This document shows, in pieces, positions 57,324 through 64,000 of a stretch of 64,000 nucleotides of DNA. The notes below the pieces were generated by a model, which did not search any database, was not told where the DNA came from, and worked only from the letters and a program-made list of their open reading frames with translations. Origin of the DNA: an uncultured Candidatus Micrarchaeota archaeon (GTDB lineage: Archaea > Micrarchaeota > Micrarchaeia > Burarchaeales > Fermentimicrarchaeaceae); assembly GCA_963760615.1 (NCBI GenBank), contig CAVXDX010000014.1, forward strand, positions 1 to 64,000, written 5' to 3'. A program made the position numbers and the translations under genes. Within the stretch, counting starts at the first letter, position 1. Each line of letters starts with the position of its first letter.

Positions 57324-58733
57324 TCATAGGATCATACATTCTCCATATTTTGGAATCTCACACTTTGTCCCAAACTCTTCAAACTTAGAAGGATTTTCAG
57401 TATGTATCGGTACGAATCTCTTTGCATTGATAGTAGTAGCTATCTTGAGCAAGTCCTGTTGCGGAGCATGTCCAGAAGCATGGATTTGATGTCTAGACAG
57501 GCCAAATAGGTCAAGCCAGTTCGTACAGCGTTTCTCATCGAATTTTGTTTCTTCATTGAAAGCCTCGCTCATAGAATGGATATAGACGCTTCCTGCATTA
57601 GGACGCATATCCGCCATATCAAGCATATCAAAGTAGCCCAAACAAGCTATAATCTCCTCCTGATGATTATGCATGTACTCTGCACGAACTGTATTAGAGC
57701 AATTCAATAGCGGCTTTTTCCACCGCTCGGTATAGTCCGATTCATCATATGTGCCAGAAGCGCATTTTTCTTGATATAGAAGTATGTTATCATCGGACTT
57801 AATTTCAGGCAAAGCCGGAATCACGGACTTAAGAGACTGAATGTAATGCGCGGTGCGGAAGGGAATCAGAAGCTTTCTGTTGGTTGACTTGGCGATTTCA
57901 TAAAAAGTAAGAAAACGCGTAGTATCTTTCCAAGAGAAGTCTGCAAAAACCATATTTTCAGATTCATCAATTATCTTTGTTGAGTTTGCCTTAACGTAAG
58001 GTTCTCCATGAGTTTCGGTAGACATTATTCGCGTTCCCTCGCATAAAAAGAGTTCGGGCTTCACTATGGCTGCGTGTTCCGCGAACTCTTGTGTCAGATG
58101 CCCTTGGACTCCGTGCATTCTCAGATCACCCGAATAAGCAATGGTACCTTCAGAATAATAAATGAGGAAAGCACATGCACCTGGTACAGAATGGTCAACT
58201 GGAAAAGGCTCTATCTCAATTGGGCCGATTTTGAATTTTTTGTCGACTCCCTCAATTTTTCTATTAATCGGGGGATTTTTGTAATCCTTTCGCATGAGTG
58301 GTCTGAGCTTAAAATTAGTTATCTCATTTTCAAGCTCACGCTGTCCGACTTCTTGCACTACCTCCATAACCTTTTTTGTAGTTGGCGTGCAGTAAATAGT
58401 TATGTCATTGTCAAGGAATGCAATGTACGCTGCATGGTCGAAATGAGCATGAGAAAGCAAGACTGCATCAACGGCTACCTCTTTGTGCACCTTTGCACCT
58501 GCAAACTCTAGCAAGTCGGGTCTGTAAACGCCCGCGATGTCAGGGAGCAAGCCGGTCTTCCAGAAAGTTTCAATTCCCCGCGAAGATGTCGGTTTGAGGT
58601 ATTCCTCGAAGTATTTCCCCCATGTCCCAAAGCTCTTTCCGAAGTCAAGGAAGATTTTTGTATCCTGGTCTTCTAGCAGAATCTTGTTGCCACCGATCTC
58701 ATTTACACCACCATAAAAAGTTAGAGAAGACAT
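57324..58733 (-). CDS. MBL-fold beta-CASP (RNase J-like) nuclease
   Basis: YGGVNEIGGN, LDFG, SHAHFDH, DHSVPG, YSGDLR, HASGHA, PIHTE: metal ligands appear intact. Confidence 0.9.
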   Translation of the reverse strand: MSSLTFYGGVNEIGGNKILLEDQDTKIFLDFGKSFGTWGKYFEEYLKPTSSRGIETFWKTGLLPDIAGVYRPDLLEFAGAKVHKEVAVDAVLLSHAHFDHAAYIAFLDNDITIYCTPTTKKVMEVVQEVGQRELENEITNFKLRPLMRKDYKNPPINRKIEGVDKKFKIGPIEIEPFPVDHSVPGACAFLIYYSEGTIAYSGDLRMHGVQGHLTQEFAEHAAIVKPELFLCEGTRIMSTETHGEPYVKANSTKIIDESENMVFADFSWKDTTRFLTFYEIAKSTNRKLLIPFRTAHYIQSLKSVIPALPEIKSDDNILLYQEKCASGTYDESDYTERWKKPLLNCSNTVRAEYMHNHQEEIIACLGYFDMLDMADMRPNAGSVYIHSMSEAFNEETKFDEKRCTNWLDLFGLSRHQIHASGHAPQQDLLKIATTINAKRFVPIHTENPSKFEEFGTKCEIPKYGECMIL

Positions 58734-58737
58734 ATGC

Positions 58738-59715
58738 TCACTTTAGGTATACATAACGTTCTAAATCCCTGATATATACTGTTTTATCATCTGTTGTATT
58801 TTTTGCAGTCTCAAATTTTTCTATAAATTCTTGAGTCTTAGCATCCAATTCGTCTGCATAAGCTATTGCTGCAGCTTCTGGGAATCTCGGCGTAATTGGT
58901 GCGCCATTTTCGAGTTTATTATGGTGACTTAATACCAAATGTACTAGCTTCAACGCCTTTTCCTTAGGCGTTTTCAGCTCATCAGTCGCTTTAGCGACAA
59001 TTTGTGCTCCAAGCACGACGTGCCCGATTAAAGAGCCTTCTGTAGTAAAATCAAAGGCTACATCACCAGTTATCTCTTCTGTTTTTCCTATGTCTTGAAG
59101 GAGGGCTCCGCAAACTAGACAGTCACTATTCAACTCAGAATGCATTTTTTGCAAAACCAGCAATATCTCGGCCATGCTGATTGAATGTTCAAGTAGACCT
59201 CCGACAAAAGCGTGGTGACGCCCTACAGCCCCTGGGCACCTACAGAATCTCTGAACTGTCTTTTCCGAAAATACATGTTTCAAAACCTTTTTTATATCTG
59301 GATCTTCGATACCATCGATTAATTCTTGGAGCCTACTTTCCATTTTCTTTATATCCTTCTTCGTATACGGGACGAAGTGCTCTAGGTCGCATGTTCCAGG
59401 CTCTAAGACTTTAACTGTCTGCTGGGGTGGATTAACCGTAAATTCTATCATGCCATTAAATTCGTTTGCAGTGGCTTCAACATAAACGATACTACCAACT
59501 GGAATCAATCGGTGTAAAGCCTCAACATCAGACTTGTTGCTAGAGCCAAAAAATTTTAGCATTATTGTACCAGTCCTATCCTGCAATTTCATTGTGAACA
59601 TATGACCCTTTTGATAAGCCTTAACCGGCTCCTTGTCTACAACCGCGAATAGATCTTTTACAATTTCTGCCCGTTTTATATCTCTTATGAACTTATTTTT
59701 TTGAAGTTTTTCCAT
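58738..59715 (-). CDS. YhaM/Cbf1-like OB-fold + HD-domain protein (HD motif reads QD)
   Basis: OB fold LQDRTG.I; HHAFVGGLLEHS; GALLQDIGK; GHVVLG; SHH; ADELDAK. Confidence 0.88.
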   Translation of the reverse strand: MEKLQKNKFIRDIKRAEIVKDLFAVVDKEPVKAYQKGHMFTMKLQDRTGTIMLKFFGSSNKSDVEALHRLIPVGSIVYVEATANEFNGMIEFTVNPPQQTVKVLEPGTCDLEHFVPYTKKDIKKMESRLQELIDGIEDPDIKKVLKHVFSEKTVQRFCRCPGAVGRHHAFVGGLLEHSISMAEILLVLQKMHSELNSDCLVCGALLQDIGKTEEITGDVAFDFTTEGSLIGHVVLGAQIVAKATDELKTPKEKALKLVHLVLSHHNKLENGAPITPRFPEAAAIAYADELDAKTQEFIEKFETAKNTTDDKTVYIRDLERYVYLK

Positions 59716-59800
59716 GCTCTCCCTCCCCCCCAAGAATTGGGTTTTTAGTCTTTATATAGATGGCCCATCGATTGTCCATGTTAAACAGGACTGCCCCACC

Positions 59801-60160
59801 TTACAATATAGGTATACCTGCGGGCGTTGTTGAGTCTACAATAATATGACTTGCATAAGCAACTGAAATGGCAGCCAATAGTGCCTTCTGTTGCGGAGTA
59901 TATTCTGGGTTCTGCATCACCTTCTCGTTCGCACAAACTAGCGTTCCCAGCCCGGTACAGCTATGGAAAAAACGCCTATGCTGAGGGCTGTCTGCAGGTT
60001 CAAGTGCGTCCGGCATCATGCCAGCGGCACCACTCAGAAACGCAACACCAATTGCTTCTCTTGCATTGATTTGCTCTCCTATCATCCTCTGCTTCAGTAT
60101 AGCATAAGTCGTCAAGCCTAGTAGCGCACTCATCCAAAAATGCTCTTTTGAATTTGGCAT
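59801..60160 (-). CDS. YdjM-like membrane-associated metal-dependent hydrolase
   Basis: EH...PD...HRRFFHS...SHIIVDSTT..G motif set. Confidence 0.8.
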   Translation of the reverse strand: MPNSKEHFWMSALLGLTTYAILKQRMIGEQINAREAIGVAFLSGAAGMMPDALEPADSPQHRRFFHSCTGLGTLVCANEKVMQNPEYTPQQKALLAAISVAYASHIIVDSTTPAGIPIL

Positions 60161-60214
60161 TCAATCACCTATTTGCTTTCAATTATCTCCAGTTATTGCT
60201 CTAGCTTTAGGGCA

Positions 60215-60409
60215 TTAACCGAGTACTCTCTTCGCAACAGCGAAAGCCCCAAGTAAACCAAGGATCAAGCCAATTCCTACTCCCCCCGTTATTGCAAAGG
60301 TTCCTAGACTGGTTTCGATGTTCAATCCATGCAGGATTATACCCGAAACAATCAAAACACCCACTATACCAGTTCCTGTTAGTCCAAGGCCCATTATTTT
60401 TTGTACCAT
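60215..60409 (-). CDS. Small Gly-rich two-TM protein (64 aa)
   Basis: GAGGTGA SD before ATG 60409; two hydrophobic GxxxG-rich helices. Confidence 0.7.
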   Translation of the reverse strand: MVQKIMGLGLTGTGIVGVLIVSGIILHGLNIETSLGTFAITGGVGIGLILGLLGAFAVAKRVLG

Positions 60410-60490
60410 TGTTTTCACCTCGTGCTGCCGGCGGCAGCACACAGAAGCGCAGCAATTCATCTTCTGTACATTTACGGCTTTGGGTATACT

Positions 60491-60529
60491 TATATATTGC
60501 TGAATCATCAAATTCATCATAATCAGCAA
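60491..60529. promoter_or_regulatory. Divergent promoter with inverted repeat
   Basis: TTATATAT TATA-like box readable on both strands; TTGCTGA (60497-60503) / TCAGCAA (60523-60529) inverted repeat. Confidence 0.5.
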
Positions 60530-60542
60530 ATAGGTGAGAAAA

Positions 60543-61340
60543 ATGATGCCAAAAAATGTATGTGTAGCGTTTCTTGGATTCGACAGTGATAGGATATATC
60601 TGCCTGTTAAAAAACTGAAATGCGATAAACTTCATCTTATAATTAAAGAGGGCAAGGAACATGACAATGCGTTATTTAATAGGAAATTAATCTTAGATAA
60701 TCTTAAGGGTTTTGATATAATAGAGCACGAAATGCCTCAAGATCCCCTACTTCGAATCAATTGTATCCGAAAGATTGCAGAAGCTGAAAAGGGGAACCGA
60801 ATTTTCATCAATGTTTCAACGGGCAGTAAACTTGATGCGATCTCGGGTATGCTTGGTGCTATGCTTTTTGCAAAAGACGCAGTGCTGTTCTATGCTGTAC
60901 CAGAGGCAGGCAGTAGACCCGGAAAAAAGAAAGTGGGGTATAGCGAAACACACGGTCTGAGGGATATGGAACAAGTGCCAGTATTACCAATGCAGCAACC
61001 AGATCCGATAATGCTTGAGGCACTTAGCGAGATTAAAAAAGCAGGCGGAAAAATGAAGAAAAAAGAGATAATAGTAAACTTGATTCAAAAAGGTTTCTTA
61101 GAAGAATTTGAACTTGATAAAGATAAAAAAATTGTCAGAAAAACTGACAAGTACGAATATGAAAAGGAAAGACACCGCTCAGTCCAATCAGGTGCATTTC
61201 ATGTCTGTGAGAATAAGGTTTTCAAGCAATTAAAAAATAAATGGAAACTAATAGAAGAAGATGATAGAACGAAGAACAAGAATGTTCTACTTACAGAAGA
61301 CGGGAAAAAGATGGTCAAAATATTCTTTGGTGAAATTTGA
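60543..61340 (+). CDS. DUF6293/HFX_2341-like regulator (CARF-like Rossmann domain + C-terminal winged helix)
   Basis: VAFLGFDSDRI...DKLHLI, IFINVSTGSK, FYAVPE, then L..I...GGKMKKKEII and LI.E...KNKNV.LTEDG. Confidence 0.75.
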   Translation: MMPKNVCVAFLGFDSDRIYLPVKKLKCDKLHLIIKEGKEHDNALFNRKLILDNLKGFDIIEHEMPQDPLLRINCIRKIAEAEKGNRIFINVSTGSKLDAISGMLGAMLFAKDAVLFYAVPEAGSRPGKKKVGYSETHGLRDMEQVPVLPMQQPDPIMLEALSEIKKAGGKMKKKEIIVNLIQKGFLEEFELDKDKKIVRKTDKYEYEKERHRSVQSGAFHVCENKVFKQLKNKWKLIEEDDRTKNKNVLLTEDGKKMVKIFFGEI

Positions 61341-61440
61341 TAGTTAGACACTGTATTTCCGCAGCAATCTCTTTCCTATAGACACTTTCGTGCCTAATTC
61401 CGCATCAAAAAATATTACCACTGCCTAGCCCAAGCCTCGC

Positions 61441-62289
61441 ATGGAATCCAAAAACCTGATAATCATTGGCGATGCAAGGCGGATGCCCGAGCTTGAGGAC
61501 GAGTCGGTACATCTCATCGTCACCTCGCCTCCCTATTTCAATGTAAAGGACTACGGGTCAAGCAGGGGGAACATCGGCGCGTTCGGCGATTACTACGAGT
61601 ACCTGAAAGCCCTTCATAATGTCTTTTCCGAGTGCTACCGCGTTCTGGATGAGGGAAGATGCATCTGCGTCAACGTGAGCGATGTAATCTCGGCAGACCA
61701 GAAATACCCAATTCCTTTCCATATTCTACCTATCCTTGAGAGGGCAGGCTTCAGGTACCGGGACGACATAATCTGGAAGAAGCCTAGCGGTGTCGGGCAG
61801 AACGCGGGCGGCGGGGCTGCCAAGCGGTTTGGAGTATTCCTCCAGAATCCCTACCCGATGTATTACTACCCGAACAACATTTACGAGCACGTACTGATTT
61901 TCAGGAAAGGGCAATTCGACTACAAGACAATCCCGAAGGAGAAGAAAACACAGGCAAAATTTGATCTGGAGCAGGCAAGGCAGTACCTGAACTGCGACGT
62001 GTGGGATATAGCACCAGCAACAAACAACCAGTTCACAAAAGATGCCCACCCCGCTATGTTCCCGGAGGTGCTTCCGGCAACGCTCATTTCTTTGTTTACT
62101 TATCTCGGGGAAACGGTTCTCGACCCTTTCCTTGGCAGCGGCACAACTCTCAGGGCGGCAAGGAGGTTAGGCCGGCTCGGGGTAGGCTACGAGGTGAACA
62201 AGGCCTACTTGCCGCTGATCAAGAGGAAAGTCGGTTTCTCCGAAGAGGAATTTGAAATAATAACACGTGGAGGTGAGAGGAATGAATAA
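61441..62289 (+). CDS. Site-specific DNA methyltransferase (N4-C/N6-A, beta class), no cognate restriction enzyme seen
   Basis: VTSPPY motif IV before HPAMFP and VLDPFLGSGTT motif I. Confidence 0.94.
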   Translation: MESKNLIIIGDARRMPELEDESVHLIVTSPPYFNVKDYGSSRGNIGAFGDYYEYLKALHNVFSECYRVLDEGRCICVNVSDVISADQKYPIPFHILPILERAGFRYRDDIIWKKPSGVGQNAGGGAAKRFGVFLQNPYPMYYYPNNIYEHVLIFRKGQFDYKTIPKEKKTQAKFDLEQARQYLNCDVWDIAPATNNQFTKDAHPAMFPEVLPATLISLFTYLGETVLDPFLGSGTTLRAARRLGRLGVGYEVNKAYLPLIKRKVGFSEEEFEIITRGGERNE

Positions 62290-62599
62290 ATTTGGATTGG
62301 CGCATGCGCTGTTGGTGGTTGGCCTGTTCGCCGGCATCCTGCTGGCCCAGGCTCCGCTCCAGATACCGCAGGACCAGCCAATATGCAGGCTCTATGGAAT
62401 GATCCAGGTGCTCGGAACGGTTGCCGGAGTGCTGGTTGCGGCATACGCGGGCTTCATCCTGGCAAGCTCGAACGAGATAGAGGAGAGGAACAAGGCAAAG
62501 CACCTGATAGCAGGGGTGATAACCGGGCTGATCATCATCTGGATAGCTCCCCTTGTGGTGAAGAGCCTTGTGGGAGCAACCGACGTGTGCGGGTGGTGA
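62282..62599 (+). CDS. VirB2/TrbC-like pilin
   Basis: Signal peptide, two hydrophobic helices joined by YAG...SS.EIEERNKAK, then GVITGLIIIW.AP.VV. Confidence 0.75.
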   Translation: MNKFGLAHALLVVGLFAGILLAQAPLQIPQDQPICRLYGMIQVLGTVAGVLVAAYAGFILASSNEIEERNKAKHLIAGVITGLIIIWIAPLVVKSLVGATDVCGW

Positions 62600-62600
62600 G

Positions 62601-62831
62601 ATGGCTGCAATAGATTTCAGCAGCATTGCCCTGTCGCTCAAGGCACTGGCAGTTTTCTTCAGCGTGATCGTATGCGCATACGCCGGTTTCGTGCTGATGA
62701 CGAGCGAGAGCCCGGAAACAAGGAACGAGTGGAAGGAGATCATTGCAGGCGTGATCATAGGGCTGTGCATCCTGTTCCTGGCACCCATCATGGCGGGCCT
62801 GCTTACGGGAGGCTCTTACTGCGGGAGTTGA
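62601..62831 (+). CDS. Second VirB2/TrbC-like pilin
   Basis: YAGFVLMTSESPETRNEWK...GVIIGL.ILFLAP; paralog of the previous gene. Confidence 0.75.
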   Translation: MAAIDFSSIALSLKALAVFFSVIVCAYAGFVLMTSESPETRNEWKEIIAGVIIGLCILFLAPIMAGLLTGGSYCGS

Positions 62832-62835
62832 TTGC

Positions 62836-64000
62836 ATGAAGTGGTTGATCATTGCGGCATTGGTCATCGGGCTTGTTTCCGCCATGCCTGCCTGCGGGAA
62901 TTACCAATACCACGACTTTGTCTGGGAGGAGAATTATTTGGCTCCGGCAAGACCTCCTGACACTCTTCTGGACAATTGCAGGAATATCGGGGTTGACAAG
63001 TCGATATGCGATGCGATAGCAAACCAGAGCCTGACGGACTTGCAGAAGAGGAGGCTGGTGCTTGATGGGTTGTTAAGGAATAGCTCATTCCCTGATTTTG
63101 AAACCGCGAAGGCATGGAACAATGGGATCCAGTTCACCAATTACGCTCCTGACGGGATTGCAACAAGGAGCTCTACGAACATACGCGATGCATGGCTCAA
63201 GATTGTAGCGATAGACCCTTCAGTTTACGGCAGGAACGGCAACGGGCTTCTCGTCAACGGGCTTCTCGTCAACGGGAGCAGCGCAATAAACTCAAGGTAT
63301 GGGTTCAGTTTTGTGGTTGCAAGGGAGCAGTTTCCGGGCGACTGCGCTACTTCATATGAAGTTTGCGGCTACAATTCTGCCCTTCAGAATTGGTTCAGCA
63401 ATGGACAAGCAAATTCAAAGCTGGTTATAACCTCGCAGTATCTCATCCACCATTACGTTGAGGTCACGCACTGCTATTCCGTGGGTGATGAAACAATCTG
63501 CTATACCACCTGCGACTACGCCTACAGCGAGGACAGAAGGGATGCGCTGACGCTTACCGATAGGGTGGGCGTAAAAAACGAAACGGCGGGGAGTTTTGCC
63601 TTTTCGTTTATCGAATCGCAGGAGAAGGGGCTGGTTGACGGATGGCTTGTTTTCACCTCAACCTCTGATTTCAACTATGCGGAATTCGCAATACAGAATT
63701 CGTACATAAAATTCCTAGAGAGCGCATACAGGCTTGACTCGAATCTTACCCCTTATAACACGATAACGCCGGAAGCACTTGATTCGCCGAATGATTTCGA
63801 GTTCTATGGCACTGCAATAACTTCAAGGGAGGAATTCGAGGGCACAGGGAAAGCGCTCATTGATTACCTCAGCGAGAATGATTCCTCTGTTCTTGTGAGG
63901 ATGTCAGGAAGCAACGTGACAATAAACGACACTGGGAATTACCGGTATGAGAAGATCCATTTCCTGATCCCTGCGGAGGAGTTGAATTGCAGCTTTGATT
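62836..64000 (+). CDS. Large secreted Cys-containing protein, truncated by the window end; not in the ORF track
   Basis: MKWLIIAALVIGLVSA signal peptide; reading frame stays open to base 64000. Confidence 0.8.
   Translation, partial: MKWLIIAALVIGLVSAMPACGNYQYHDFVWEENYLAPARPPDTLLDNCRNIGVDKSICDAIANQSLTDLQKRRLVLDGLLRNSSFPDFETAKAWNNGIQFTNYAPDGIATRSSTNIRDAWLKIVAIDPSVYGRNGNGLLVNGLLVNGSSAINSRYGFSFVVAREQFPGDCATSYEVCGYNSALQNWFSNGQANSKLVITSQYLIHHYVEVTHCYSVGDETICYTTCDYAYSEDRRDALTLTDRVGVKNETAGSFAFSFIESQEKGLVDGWLVFTSTSDFNYAEFAIQNSYIKFLESAYRLDSNLTPYNTITPEALDSPNDFEFYGTAITSREEFEGTGKALIDYLSENDSSVLVRMSGSNVTINDTGNYRYEKIHFLIPAEELNCSFD
63241..63276. repeat. 15-bp in-frame tandem repeat
   Basis: AACGGGCTTCTCGTC x2 + AACGGG (NGLLV NGLLV NG). 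Confidence 0.9.

Larger units (their letters stand above)
55323..61340. mobile_element. Putative genomic island at the 3' end of tRNA-Glu (right boundary uncertain; may extend past the window)
   Basis: Starts at a tRNA 3' end; visibly more AT-rich and different codon usage; accessory gene content. No integrase or att duplication seen in the window. Confidence 0.6.

Noticed and set aside
61441-62289. Type II restriction-modification system
   Set aside because: No PD-(D/E)xK or HNH endonuclease adjacent; neighbours are a regulator and pilins.
55290-64000. attR duplication of the tRNA-Glu or tRNA-Val 3' end
   Set aside because: I found no second copy of either tRNA 3' end by eye and no integrase, so the island boundary stays provisional.

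Overview
Archaeal chromosomal segment, probably from a DPANN/Micrarchaeota-like lineage. This assignment is inferred from archaeal rpl12/P0, Spt5, CarS, Trm1, deoxyhypusine synthase, GAGGTGA ribosome-binding sites and QAAVEYLTTYGWA-type class III signal peptides. Positions 1-55320 are mostly housekeeping: hisS, trpS, alaS, trm1, CoA/pantothenate genes (coaD-yjjX, panB, panE), de novo NAD synthesis (nadX, nadA, nadC), ftsZ-secE-spt5-rpl11/rpl1-rpl10-rpl12, the AMP phosphorylase/R15P isomerase pair, dhs, carS, sppA, two ABC systems, surface proteins and three tRNAs (Ala-CGC with a 16-nt BHB intron, Val-CAC, Glu-CTC). Directly after tRNA-Glu lies an accessory, visibly more AT-rich block (about 55.4-61.3 kb). 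It holds the best candidate for an undescribed system: a six-gene operon (YhaM-like OB-HD protein with HD changed to QD, intact beta-CASP/RNase J-like nuclease, Bles03/DUF1917 eIF4E-fold protein, helical protein, 2TM coiled-coil protein, Gly-repeat/Zn-ribbon protein), a small 2TM + YdjM-like hydrolase pair, and a divergent DUF6293-like (CARF-like + wHTH) regulator. An orphan DNA methyltransferase coupled to two VirB2/TrbC-like pilins follows. Other unexplained structure: a 100% identical 87-bp promoter/hairpin module in front of two paralogous but only 34%-identical microproteins 23 kb apart; a 28-bp palindrome pair flanking a PLP-enzyme gene; two genes whose only well-placed start codons are ATC and ACG; and a four-AbrB-domain protein inside the rpl11-rpl1 cluster. 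All family assignments come from motif recognition by eye; no database search was run.
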